Shown here one piece after another: positions 12,544 to 26,559 of a stretch of DNA of 64,000 nucleotides. The notes below the pieces were generated by a model. The model did no database searches. It was given only the letters and a program-made list of their open reading frames with translations, and was not told the origin of the DNA. Origin of the DNA: Octopus vulgaris (lineage: Eukaryota). The translations under genes and the position numbers were made by a program. The number at the start of each line of letters is the position of its first letter. Within the stretch, counting starts at the first letter, position 1. The DNA is taken from contig OX597831.1 in assembly GCA_951406725.2 (NCBI GenBank), positions 30,194,001 to 30,258,000 of the forward strand, written 5' to 3'.

Positions 12544-12669
12544 GTTTGGTCTAATGGAACACGTTTAAAGTAGGGATAAATATTAACCCTTGGTTAAAAA
12601 TACTGCCTCGGTCGCTAATATATATTTTTTAACATAAATATAAATATTTCCACATAATTAACAACTTAC

Positions 12670-12787
12670 CGATTTTCAGCATGAAATTATTGTAAGAATT
12701 TTCGTTGATGTTCTTCAGTTTTTCTTTCATACCCATTATAAATTCGATCAAAATGGATAAGTAGTGTGTAACAGAAGCGTCTGTATC
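12670..12787 (-). CDS. rut: Adenylyl cyclase exon 11, C2a (DTDASVTHYLSILIEFIMGMKEKLKNINENSYNNFMLKI+G)
   Basis: tacccag| acceptor, G|gtaagt donor; 118 nt, phase 0 to 1; INxxSYNNFMLxIG motif. Confidence 0.95.
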
Positions 12788-13189
12788 CTGGGTAAGTTAT
12801 AGAAACATAAAAAGTTTATTAACATCAAATAATTCAAGGTGCAAACACAGAAGAATGCAAGCATACTCGTGCTGTTACTAATTTTGGTTTCCTAATTTAA
12901 ATGTATAGGGAATGGCGAAATCATAAAATAAAGAGAACTATGCTTAACATCAAGTGTAGATATTTGCACATTGTAACAAACTTCATATTGAAATATGAAT
13001 CGGAAAAAGAAACAAATATGATTCAGTGTTTACAGTAATACTAACAAAGAGACAAAACTCTCATACAATTAGAGTTATCTCTTTTCGCAGAGACACGTAA
13101 TATGTAAATACAGAACGGAATTTATTATAAGACTGGATATATTACTAAATTATAAAACTTCGAGTATTTTCCCCCATTAGTTTATACAG

Positions 13190-13585
13190 CATATGACCTT
13201 CCACAAGAGGTCCAGTTAGAATTCTACTCAATCCGAGTAGCCCATGCCGCTAAGAAGGTCCCTAATAAGGTTTGTTTAAAGACGATGAACGAAACACTTA
13301 TGTTTTGAGGGGTGAATTATTCAAACCCTAAAGAATCATTCACAACACATGTCTATGATGCCCGCCACTACTTCTGCTTGTGATCAGAGATGCACGTATC
13401 GTCAGCCGCTAAGGGACATGCTCAACTGGTTAAGGTCAAACAACTGACAAGCAAATCTGTGGTATTGAGCAGAATATTTGCTGTAGTCCATCTTTTATAC
13501 TAAGACAAAACAATGTACATGATAACACTTCCAATCAGTTAAGATCAGAAGTCACGAGAACCACTGTCTGGTACTGCATCAAGGC
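13190..13585 (+). mobile_element. Probable retroposon 3' portion ending in an (ATT)n tail
   Basis: Non-coding block running directly into (att)n; single copy in the window, family not established. Confidence 0.4.
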
Positions 13586-13648
<63 letters not shown>

Positions 13649-14050
13649 TTTTTTTTCTTCTTTCAAATTTGCTTCCATTTCTTGCCGAGTGTCTTCCCGA
13701 CTCCTAGGGCAAAGAAACTCATAGTATACATTGGTAGGCCATTAAACCAAACTCAATAGTTCGTTCATTTTTTTTTTTTTAAGTTATATTAAAATACATG
13801 AACAGCAACAGTTCTCACATCGACAATGCTCTTCTCAATACGTGTGATGTACCAGTTAAGACAATCTTTTGCACTTCTTGCAGGGATGGTAAGCCAGGGA
13901 TCATTCTCATATAATTTTCGGTTCCCTTCTTGATCATTCCTAGTGCTCCTACGATCACTGGTATTGTAACCGCCTTGAGATGCCACATTTTCTCAATTTC
14001 AATGAGTAGGTCTTTATATTTTCTGAGCTTGTCAAACTCTTTCGCTGAGA

Positions 14051-14052
<2 letters not shown>
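13649..14052 (-). mobile_element. R4/Dong-like non-LTR retrotransposon, 5'-truncated 3' end (restriction-like endonuclease C-terminus plus 3' UTR)
   Basis: ISAKEFDKLRKYKDLLIEIEKMWHLKAVTIPVIVGALGMI...LRRALSM*; flanked on both sides by (TAA)n. Confidence 0.85.
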
Positions 14053-14143
<91 letters not shown>

Positions 14144-15164
14144 CATTTCATATTGGATAACAAAATTACGTGACCATACAAAAAAATCCTTTGCCCTATT
14201 TAGTTATTTCACTTCAGTGGGTAGTGTAGCAATACTGGAAGATAGTTTTAGCATTATCATTCCTGTTCAGTTTTAGCATTATCATTTCTGTTCTTCCTCC
14301 TCCTCATCATCGACATCATCATCGCTTTAAAAAGACACCAAGTCAATTATCATTATAATCAACAACATCACGTTTACATGACTATCTTGAGGAATACAGT
14401 ATTTTTATCACATTTTAACAGAAAATTAATCAACAAATCTATTTAGATATCATACATTCAGATCGTATTATGATATTTTCAAGAATTATCATTCCTTAAT
14501 CTGGAAGATTATAGAACTACTGTCGCTATTTTAATTACGTTTGTGTATTTGCGTAACGATCATTCCCTGTAGACATCCAATTCCATTTTTCTTTGTTTTA
14601 CACCTGGGGTTTCAATGTTTAATCCGGAATGCACCTCCAACCATTAGTTTGGAAATGTCCGAGTCAAAGAAAAGAAGAGAGATTGAGAGAGAGAGAGAAG
14701 GAGAGAGAGAGAAGGAGAGAGCGAGAAGGAGAGAGAGAGAAGGAGAGAGAGAGGAAGAGAGAGAGAGAGAGACAGATAAAGAAAGGGAGAGAAAGAAAGG
14801 AGGGGAGAGAGAGACGGAGAGGGGGAGAGATAGGATTACAATCTTTATTTAATGCTTTCAATTAATTTCACAAACTAATTTATTTTGTTTAAGTCGATGA
14901 TTACAAGAAATCCACAAGTTTGTTAAGAAAAATGATTGAATTACATGTTAAACAATACATGGGTCTCCTTACACCACCTTTCTTACTTTTTCTCTCTGCA
15001 TACATACTTACGCACGCATAACACAAATATATACACTTTGGACACGCTCTCATGTATATATTAAGGAATTGTAGAAATTTTGCTTTGTTAATTTGTATAC
15101 GCACACACATAAACACAGATAATTGTGCATATGTATGCACTGCACATACACCCACACACACACT

Positions 15165-15550
15165 TCAAACACACACACATACACACCAAACACACACACA
15201 CACCGAATACACACACTTACACACATCGAATATATATACACACACACACACCGCGAAAACACACACACACAGAGCGAACACACACACATACACACCGAAA
15301 ACACACACTTACACACATCGAATATATATACACACACACACACCGCGAAAACACACACACACAGAGCGAACACACACACATACACACCGAAAACACACAC
15401 TTACACACATCGAATATATATACACACACACACCGCGAAAACACACACACACCGAAAACACACACACACCGAAAACACACACACACCGAAAACACACACT
15501 TACACATATCGGATATATATACACACACACCGCGAAAACACACACACACA
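15165..15550. repeat. Higher-order CA-rich minisatellite (~85-bp unit)
   Basis: Repeated cacaccgaaaacacacacttacacacatcgaatatatata...accgcgaaaac. Confidence 0.9.
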
Positions 15551-16091
15551 ACTTTTATCTTTATTTTTTTCCTTGTTTCACTCTTTGAATGCGGCCATCC
15601 TGGAGTACCGCCTTAAAGGGTTTATTCAAACAATCAGCCACAGTACTTAATTTTTTTAAAAGATTGGTATTTGCCTTCTCGGGCCTTTATGCTGAACCGC
15701 TAAGTTACGGTGACGTATTCAAGCCAACACTGCTTGTAGAGCGGTGTCGGAGAACACAAATGCCAAGACACACACACACACAGAGACACACACAAACGCG
15801 CACACACACTCACACATATCTACGTGTATATACGTGTATATGTAAATATTCACACATAAACATATCATGTGTTGTGTATTCATTAAATTAGGATAATTTT
15901 GAATCCCTTTATATTAGATGAGCAGCACTGAGAACATCCTTTTCATTTCGTGGTACGAAAGTTTAATGGGCCAACTCGATTCAACCATCCTTCTACCGAT
16001 TGGAGGATCCCAAATTCACAGAAGGAAACACAACAGGGACTCCAACACGTAGCTCTGAGGAGGTATTGAACTCAAAACTCTAGACATATTG

Positions 16092-16915
16092 ATTTCAAAT
16101 TTTGGCACAAGGCCAGTTGAGTTTTCAACTGGTATTTACTTTTTCGACCCCGACGGATGAAAGGCAAAGTCGACCTCGGCGGAATTTGAACTTAGAACGT
16201 AAAGACGGGCGAAGTAACGTTAAGCAATTTTCCCGGCAGGTTAAAGATTCTTTTCTTCTCTAAGCACAAGGGCCCAAATTTAGGGGGAAGGACACTAGTC
16301 GATTAAATCAACTCTCATAAGCAACAAGTACTTAATTTATCGACCCGTAAATGATGAAGTCGACCATGGCGGAATTTGAACTCAGAACATAAAGACAGAG
16401 GAAATGCCGTTAAGCATTTCGCCCGACGTGCTAACGTTTTTGCCAGCTCGCCGCCTTATTTCTTTACTACCCACAAGGGGCTAAACATAGAGGGGACAAA
16501 CAAGGATAGACAAAGAGATTAAGACGATTATATCGACTCCAGTGCGTAACTGGTACTTAATTTATCGACCCCGAAAGGATGAAAGCAAAGTCGACCTCGG
16601 CGGAATTTGAACTCAGAACGTAAAGACAGACGAAATACAGCCAAGCATTTTGCGCAGGGTGCTAACGTTTCTGCCAGCTCGCCATCTTGGCATGCTAAAG
16701 GTTCTGCCAGTTCGCCACCGTTAAAGAACCTGAAATATTGGTTTCGTATTTTGGCACAAAACGCGCAAGTTAGAGCAGTGGTGGAGGTGGGCGGGTGGCT
16801 GGTCGGTTACATCGACCCCAGTACTCAACTGCTATTTATTTTATCGAATCTGAGAAGATGAAAGACAAAGTCGGAATTTCAACTCAGAAGGTAAAAACGG
16901 TCGAATTGCCACTTA
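16092..16915 (-). mobile_element. Cluster of about four nested or tandem SINE family B copies
   Basis: Recurrent aaagtcgacctcggcggaatttgaactcagaacgt. Other family B copies near 7671-7853 (+), 32220-32425 (-), 52095-52268 (+) and 60340-60535 (-). Confidence 0.8.
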
Positions 16916-16983
16916 GTAACAGACGATGACAATGCTACCGAAACATATAAACGCAAGCACGCGAATTCACAACATGCACACAT

Positions 16984-17512
16984 ACTCTTTTACTTGTTTC
17001 AGTCATTTGACTGCGGCCATGCTGGAGCACCGCCTTTAGTCGAGCAAATCGACCCCAGGACTAATTCTTTGTAAGCCTAGTACTTATTCTATCGGTCTCT
17101 TTTGCCAAACCGCTAGGTTACGGGGACGTAAACACACCAGCAACGGTTGTCGACTTTGCTTTCATCCTTTCGGGGTCGATAAATTAAGTACCAGTTACGC
17201 ACTGGAGTCAATGTAATCGTCTTAATCTCTTTGCCTATCTTTGTCTGTTTAATGATATATGCTTACCTCAATCAAGCGGTGTTGGGGGAACAAGCACAGA
17301 CACACAAACATATATACACACATACATATATATATATATATACATACATATATACGACGGGCTTCTTTCAGTTTCCGTCCACCAAATCCACTCATAAGGC
17401 TTTGGTCGGCCCGAGGCTAGTAGAAGACACTTGCCCAAGGTGCCACGCAGTGGGACTGAACCCGGAACCATGTGGTTGGTAAGCAAGCTACTTACCACAC
17501 AGCCACTCCTAC
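16984..17512 (-). mobile_element. SINE family A with a ~120-bp templated insertion
   Basis: Family A sequence interrupted at ttgtc|aagcg by 17152-17274. Confidence 0.85.
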
Positions 17513-17636
17513 GCTCATATTACTTACCGCACAGTCACTCCTACACATACCGTCTCAAACACACAGAGATATACACACAGATCTACACACACACACACAC
17601 AAATAAAGGAGGACATGTTTAATGATATATGCTTAC

Positions 17637-17735
17637 CTCAATCATTAATGTAGGCATTAGACCAACGGCACCCATATAAATACTCCCGATCGTTTTGATT
17701 TTATCGATGGCGCAAAACCGGGATTCAGTAAGGAG
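17637..17735 (-). CDS. rut: Adenylyl cyclase exon 10, C2a (LLTESRFCAIDKIKTIGSIYMGAVGLMPTLMIE)
   Basis: ttttacag| acceptor, GAG|gtaagc donor; 99 nt; KIKTIG motif with the ATP-selecting Lys. Confidence 0.97.
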
Positions 17736-18613
17736 CTGTAAAACAATATTTAAAAACACAATGTTATAATTCATAAAATAATAAAAGCATAACACGAATA
17801 AAAAGACGGGAGAGAAGGTGGCATATGGAATAGCTAGCTGCATTTGCATCTTTTATCTTTTACTTGTTTCAGTCATTGGACTACGGCCATGCTGGTGCAC
17901 CGACTTGAAGCCTTGTATTTCCTCCATCGGTCTCTGAAGCCGAAACGCTAGCTGACGGGAACATAGAAAAAGAAACTAACACTGACTGTCAAGCGGTGGT
18001 GAAAAGAAAATACAAAGGTCCATACACATAGATACACACACAGACACCCTCCACACAAACACACGTGTGCATGTGAATGTATTCATGTGATTCAGTAGTA
18101 CTCGTAAAAAATGCTCCTTAATGTATCATTCTATAAAACACGTAGTACAATACAAGAGAAAACGTGAGGAATGTACAAAGTTATAAATAATAGAGAAATG
18201 ATTTGTTGGAGTTTTATTTAACAATGAAAAAGTTTTAATATCACAACAAATTGTTTCGTAACTTAAACATGTAAATATTTTTTATTATTATATTTAATAG
18301 CAAATATATTATTTACTTGTCTGCATTAATGTCAAATGAAAAACATCTTTCACAATAATGCAGAATCTAAGCTACGTTCTCAAGTGTTTTCCTCCCACCA
18401 CACTTTTTATGCCCCCCCCCCGAGTGTGTGTGTCTGTAGCCGCCGGTGTGGATGTATGGTAAGGAATTTGCTTCTCAACCACAAGGTTCCAGGTACAATT
18501 CCACTGCGTAGCACGTTGGGCAAGTATCTTCTTCTATAGCCTAGAGTCAACTAAAGTCTTGCGAGGGGATTTAGTTCACGAAAACTGAACAAAATCTGTC
18601 GCGTGCGCGCATG

Positions 18614-18669
<56 letters not shown>

Positions 18670-18926
18670 GGACAACTGATGAAGGGGAATATTCTTTATG
18701 TTGCATGTCTCGTATCTCAGTTTTTTTTTTTCGTTGTTCGCAAAAAAAAGTTCGTTTTCTATGTTTTTGTCTTTATGTTTTCGTTTCTCACTGTGTTCTA
18801 CATTTTTTTGATGTCCTGTACCCATATATACACGTATATATACATATATATGTAGGGATGTACATATATGTATGTATATATGCATATATATATATACATA
18901 TATATATATATATGTATGTATGTATG

Positions 18927-18970
<44 letters not shown>

Positions 18971-19869
18971 TAAAAGGAATTCCAACCTTGTCTGATTTTC
19001 ACGTTTTATTTACAATCTTATAATGATATATTATAAGATAATATATTATAATAAAATAAAATAAAATAAAATAGTAGAATGTTAAATGTTCATTCTGATT
19101 GAACTAGTACTTTCATGCATTAAATTCTGCAATCTTCGGGTTCACGTAGTAGTGGTGACAGTCATGCTTCACAATTTTAGATAGATAGGTAGGTAGGCTT
19201 TTTTAGATAGATAGGTAGGTAGGCTTTTATAGATATTATATTCAGATATAGATAAATGGTAGGATCCTTTCAGTTTCCATCTATCAAATTCACTCACAAA
19301 GCTTTGATGGGCCAAGGACAACAGTAGAACACACATGCCAAAAGTGGCACTCAATGATACTGAACCCGAACCATGTGGTTAAGAAGCAAGTTACTTTACT
19401 ACGCAACTAGAATATTAACTATGTGACATTAGATCCTACTGATATTTACTAGTACCAACCGAACACGTTTGGCTTCAGATAAGGCTATACGTTCGTTTCT
19501 GTTTAGCTGAAACAATAATTTAATCCGTGTTCCCCATAGAGTGCCAGCGGCGTATTTGAAAGGAAAGCCCTATATCTATCTTTCGATATTACCTTCTTAT
19601 TTCAGTATATAAATATTATCGCATCATAAGGAATAACAGCTCCTTATTATTTTCGCTGTTTGGTTCCTCTGGTTATCAGCGAATTTATACGGCAAAACCT
19701 CTGAGTACTTGTCTATCTTTATTGATATTAATATATTTATTTGTATGTATTCTATATTTCCCATAGAGTTCTGAATCGGATAATGTATATTCATTGTATA
19801 ACATACACCCATAAATGTTAAGCACACACAAGCAATGTCATATATATATATATATATATATACATACAT

Positions 19870-20095
19870 TTCTTCCCCTCTTTTCATCATTTGCAACCGT
19901 TAATCCCGACACCATTTTTTCTCTCTCCTCTCTCTTTCTCCATTATTTCTTTTTCTTCCTCTCATCACTTTCTGTCGAAGAGTGTAGGCTCGAAACGTCA
20001 CAGACTTTTCCATTATTCCTGAGCGTCAAACGAACTCATTTCCTTGTTGTTTCCTCACCTGTTTTTGTTTTTTGTTTTCTGTATAATTTGAACCC
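19870..20095 (+). mobile_element. Short hammerhead-bearing repeat, copy 3
   Basis: cttt CTGTCGA a gagt gtag gctc GAAAC GTC acag at 19968-20003; same downstream ttcctgagcgt and T-rich tail. Confidence 0.6.
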
Positions 20096-20154
20096 CCCTA
20101 CACACACACACTCACACACACAGAGAAAAGTGAGAGAGAAGCAGAGAGTGAGAG

Positions 20155-20206
<52 letters not shown>

Positions 20207-20390
20207 GTATGTATGTATGTATGTGACAGGCAGATTCTATAACAATGTATATCTTCTTGAAAACTTTGTAAATTCTATGCTGGAGTGAGTCAGCATGTTC
20301 TATGTCTATCTCCTTAACTTCTCGGAGATTTTAGGCATAATTTTACTAATGTGTCCATCTGTTCTAATTTAATTACATTCTATGTCTTTG

Positions 20391-20477
20391 TGCAGCTGAA
20401 GATTGCTCTGCACTTTAAATTGATGTAATAATTGCATTGTTCAATTAAATGGAGTTCCATGAAACGATCGTACTGCA
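20391..20477 (+). ncRNA. Type I hammerhead-like motif with long, imperfect stem II
   Basis: tgcag CTGAAGA [58 nt, partly self-complementary] GAAAC gatc GTA ctgca; perfect 5-bp stem I, palindromic stem III; base of stem II poorly paired. Confidence 0.6.
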
Positions 20478-20497
20478 TTACTTCTGGCTATCCTTCT

Positions 20498-20585
<88 letters not shown>

Positions 20586-21069
20586 TATTCTTGTATGAGA
20601 AACAACTGATATTATTCTGAATGGAATTTGTTCAATCTTTTCCCATACACGAACATTTGTACACACATATCCATCTAGGGGAAACTAACATCTTTGGTTT
20701 TGCACTGAAGCACTGGATATAACAGGGGAATTTGGATGGTAACATCTCTTTGAGATGATCTGATCAGTCGCTGGATCATTAATTTTTGGCCGCTAAGTGA
20801 CTTGGTGCAACGTGAAAAGAGTTTTATTCAAGGACATATCGCATACCCGGTGTAGAAATCGAAACCAGTATATTACGATCATGAGTGCAGGACTCTTCCC
20901 ACCAAACCACTTGCCTCCGCACAATCATGAGTACGTACGTACATAAGTACATACATACATACATGCATACACACACACACACACATATATATATATACAT
21001 ATATGTACATACATGGATTCTAACATACATACATACTACATACATGCATGCATGCATACATACACACAG

Positions 21070-21155
<86 letters not shown>

Positions 21156-21884
21156 GTACGTATATATATCTGTTTAAAGAGGTAATGGTTAAATTTGCGA
21201 GAGACTGGGCTATAATTTCTAGCTACTGGGTGTAACAAATACCATAACATATAGGTTTGTTCAATCAAAACTTGCTCGGATCTCTAGAACAACAACAACA
21301 ACAACTACAACAAGTGCAACAGCAGCAACAGTAGCAGCAGCAGCAGCAGCAGCAATACCACCAATAACAACATGAACTGCATTCTGTGTTAACAAAGCAG
21401 TGTCTGCTCGAATGGTTGACTTTGCTAACGATATCTCTCTCGAATCACATCCGTTTGCCTCCTTTAACAGCGATAAGCGAGATACCGGGTTAAGAAAGAA
21501 AATAAATCAACACATGACGATGCTGCTCTTCGCGGTGATTGCGACCGGAGATGTTGTTCTCGTAAGTAGTATTACTGGTGGTGGTGAGAGAGCATGTTCG
21601 TCTCTGGGGGTACAGCAGAGATTATCAACGAGGCAGCCGTTTCCAGTGGAACGCATTTCCTTAACTGCACTTGAAAGTAGTAGTAGTAGAGAAGAAAGAA
21701 TTCTCTAATCTAATCCGTTTAGAAGTCGCAGAAGTAATCGTTGGTTTATGAGATTTGCAAGAATTGCTGCGTTGCCAGAACCACTTACAGTTGAAATTGT
21801 CAAACAATCGCATTTGAAGAATTATAATCACAAGAATTCAACAAGACAAGTGTCTAGCACTCCCCCTCCTCACCTCTTTCCCTT

Positions 21885-21938
<54 letters not shown>

Positions 21939-22644
21939 TCCCTCTCTCTTTCTCCGAGTGTTTCTATGCTTGTTTATGAGACTCTGAAATGTTTTATGTC
22001 GCTTCGTATATTAGTGCGTGTGTATGCGCGCGTATGTGTGTGTGTGTGTGTTTATATGCGCTGTGCATTTGTTGCAAAGTCTGTGTGTCTGTTTGTAACT
22101 GTGCATGCGTGCGCATGTGTATGTATGCATATGTGTGAGTGTGTGTTTGCGTCTCTGTGCATCAGTCTATGTGTATTTACGGATGTGGTTATGCGTACGT
22201 ATTCTTATGCGTCTGTTTGTGCTTGTACGTGTAAGCGTTAATTATATTCTTAGTATTTATGGGCCTGATTGTATATATATTTGCATGTATCAGTATGTAT
22301 ATGTGTTCATGCGTGCATGCATGCTCGCGCGCGTCGTGTGTGTGTGTGTGTCTGTATCTGAAAGGGAGAGCGGGGAAGGAGTGAGATATGTTTGTATGCC
22401 GTGGGAATAAATCTTTAAACAATATCTTTACAGAATGAACGGAGATCAGCGACATAAGTCTATAAACAGGTATTTATTGTCGCCTCTTTCTTTTACAATG
22501 TGTATTTTATATCCCGCTGATGAAGGCTTTGTCTCGAATACGTTCACAGAGAGCAGATAGTAGTCGCCAACTCTCTCTCTCTCCCCTTTTTTCTGTCACT
22601 CCATACACACATACACTCACACCATACATACGTATACACATATT

Positions 22645-22675
<31 letters not shown>

Positions 22676-24676
22676 CTTTGTGCTTGTATTTGCCCCACCC
22701 CACTACCGCTTGAAGATCAGCGCTGGTGTGTTTACGTCACCGTGACTTAGAGGTTCGGTAAAAGATACCGATAAAATAAGTACTAGGCTTTAAAAAATAA
22801 ATACTAGGGGGTCTATGTATTCGACAAAAATTCTTCAAGGCGGTGCACCATCATGGCTGCTATCTAATGAGTGAAACAAGTAAAAAATAAAAGATAAAAT
22901 ATATATTGTCGTGATGAGTAGCTTAGTGGTTAGGCTGTTGCTCTCATGTTCGTAACATTTTAGTTTCCATTCCTGGACTGAACGTGTGTAGCTACATTGT
23001 TCAAGTGACCGGAAGTAGAGAGAGACCGATGGAACATATATATGTATATTTATGGAGTTTATCTCATACTCTGTTACTTCTGTTTGCCACGGATGAAGCT
23101 CTTATCAGAAACGTTGCAGAAAAGAGACAGTAATTTACAAATATATATTTCTGCAATGTCTCTTATCTGTTTCGAGAGGAAGGTTCCTCTGTCTGAAACA
23201 CAATGGCATAAGAGACACAAGTCTATAAATTTATACATTTATTAACGGTCTCTCTGCTTGTCCTTTGCTCTACATTTACTATGCAACGATAAAGAAGTTT
23301 TGTGTCACAAACGTTAACGTCGATTCATATATATTTATTGTCCGGGTCATGCAATCTTTTATTATAAGTGCCACTATTTAAGCCGATGTAGGTTCTCTTC
23401 TTCACAAATGTTAGTTAAAGTATTGTGTACATCGAACAATTAAGCAACCAGCTAAACTTTTGCGTTTGCTTTGCATGAAAATATTAATGATTAGCGAGAA
23501 ATTGTTCTGGACACATTAATTATAGCTGTCAGATTGTAAAAGGTTTTCCAGTTAAACATAACATCACCCTACCCTAAAAATGTAAAAAGAAAACGAAAAA
23601 TTAATAGTATGAATTTTCGCAGCAGTTTTAGAATAGAACAGAAAATGAAGGATATTACTATTGTAAAGGCATGAAGAAGAAAAACATTAAAGATGCAAAT
23701 AATTCAAAATAAAATAAATGTTATGAAATTCCAGTTGATTCCTAGAATTAATTAGAAGACATTAAGAAACATTAACAGATTTCTGTTCTGTTTCAGCATT
23801 GGAGAAAATAGAAGGAAAAAAGAACTTGTGTTGCATAATCTCTTCTGTTGTAGAATAGATTATGTATTTAGGTGTGTGCGCACGTGTGTGTATGTGTGCT
23901 CGGGCGTGTGTGTACGTGTGTGAGTCTGTGTTTGTGTGTGTAAGTAGGTATGTACTTTTTCTGTGTGTATGTATGTTGTGTGTGCTGTGCGAGTGTGTAT
24001 TTAGACATTTGTGTATAGACGTATGCATGTGTATGGATATGGGTATATAAAGTGATATATATATACATACATACATATATATATATTTATACATATGTAT
24101 ATATGTATATATATACATATATATTTATATATGTATGCATGTATACATACTTACATAAGTGTGTGTACGTGTATCCCTATATGTATGCATATACGTATTT
24201 ATGTATGAATGGAACCATATGTATGTAAGCTTACATATATGTGGAAATGTATATAAGTGTATGGAAGTTAATGAGTGTGTGTATGTGTGCAGTTATGTAC
24301 GTATGTATAAGTGTATATGTGTGAATATGTATGTACGGGTTACGTAAAGATACATGGGGAGGGTAATATATACATATGTTTGTGAATCTACATGTAGGTC
24401 TATTAGTATGAACACGTGCACATGTAGAGTCGCACGGCTTAGTGGTTAGGGTGTTGCACTCGTGATCGTAAAATTATAGTTTCGATTCCTGGATTGGGAG
24501 ATGCGTTCTTGAGCTCTCATCTGGCAAAAAGGAGTATTTCTGCGACAGATCGGCGTCAAGTCCAGCGAGTGGAATATTTACGCCACAGATTCCGGTAAAC
24601 CGGCCTTATGAGCCGATGGCTCGGGAAGGACCTTCATCCTTTTGCATGTATGTATGTATATGTATTAGTGAATGCA

Positions 24677-24750
<74 letters not shown>

Positions 24751-24870
24751 TGTGTAAGCTTGCTCCTGGTCTCTCCGTGTCAATGTTTAAATTCACGAGT
24801 GATTATGTGCATGCATATAAGTGCATGAATGGATGCACACACACACACAAACACACACAATGTGTGTATA

Positions 24871-25002
<132 letters not shown>

Positions 25003-25251
25003 CATAGAATCGTGTATGGATATATATGGAAGGGTATTTACTCGAGTGCAGCGGGTTAAATCCATCACTTGGATTTAAAACCACTTTGAAAGAGAGATAG
25101 TATTGTTCACTCTGAAGGAAGCCTTCAGATCAGACCGTGTCTCCGGCTTAAGAATAACCTCCTTTCCTCCTTCTAATCTCAATCTCGGAGATCCCGAAAG
25201 CCTGATGGGTGTTGCTCCCTGCAACGACGCAGTAAAATCGTGATATGTGAA

Positions 25252-25315
<64 letters not shown>

Positions 25316-25599
25316 CACACACACAAAGATCTATGCCTTCGAACGTGGAGTAGATGAAAGAGGGACAACTGAAGAAAGAGAATATTCTTTATATTGCATG
25401 TCTCGTTTCTGTGTTTGTTCTTTTTCGTAGTTCGGAAAAAGAGTACATTTCTATGTTTTTGTTTTTATGTTTTCGTTTCTCATTGTGTTCAACGGTTTTT
25501 TGATGTCCTGTACCCATATATACATATATATATATATATACATATATGTGTAGGTATGTACATATATGTATGTATATATGCATATGTTTATATATTATT

Positions 25600-25672
<73 letters not shown>

Positions 25673-26125
25673 AAGAGAGAGAAATACATACTATTCTCAA
25701 TCTCTTACACTCAATCCTTTCTGTCTACCCTTTCAATTTGCCATGCTCCATCGTTCACCCCTCTTGTTCTGCGTACCTCTCATTTATTTCCTTGCTCTTT
25801 CTAGCTTTATCTGCATTTCTTTCTATATGACTCCCTGTTCTCTATATTTTGCTTTCATTTCTACCTATTTACACGTACACACATACACACAACAAATATA
25901 GGGGTTTTGACGAATGAAACAGAGTTCACAGTAAGCTCTCCGCCTGGGGCGCGGCTATATTTATATATATATATATATGAGCGGATGGTGTAGCCACGTT
26001 GATGTAACCACACACGGATTTAAAGAAAAAACAGCTGTTAACAAATTAAATAAACATCTGTTTCGTCAGTTCTCTTATCTGGTCAATTTATATATGTATA
26101 TAATCTATCTATCTATATATATATG

Positions 26126-26180
<55 letters not shown>

Positions 26181-26455
26181 ATGCATATATATATATTCAT
26201 ATACATATGCAATCATATATATATATATATATACACATACATACATACAAATATGCATATTTTTATGTATGTATATATGTATGTGTATATATCTATCTAT
26301 ATATGTATATATATATATAATACCCCCCACACATATATATATGTATATATATGTACACACACACACACACACACTTATATATATTTCTTTTTCTTTTTTT
26401 TTTCCTTTTACTTGTTTCAGTCATTTGACTGCGGCCATGCTGGAGCACCATATAT

Positions 26456-26559
<104 letters not shown>

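Noticed and set aside
15165-15550. CRISPR-like repeat-spacer array
   Set aside because: Intervening sequences are themselves CA repeats, not unique spacers; eukaryotic intron; no cas genes.
18665-18825. CTGATGA/CTGAAGA in the two-copy repeat at 18665 and 25360
   Set aside because: The repeat is real, but no GAAA half of a hammerhead core follows, so it is not called a ribozyme.
21400-21708. 102-aa + strand ORF as a nested gene
   Set aside because: GTG start, no recognisable domain; the region is reported only as a candidate regulatory island.
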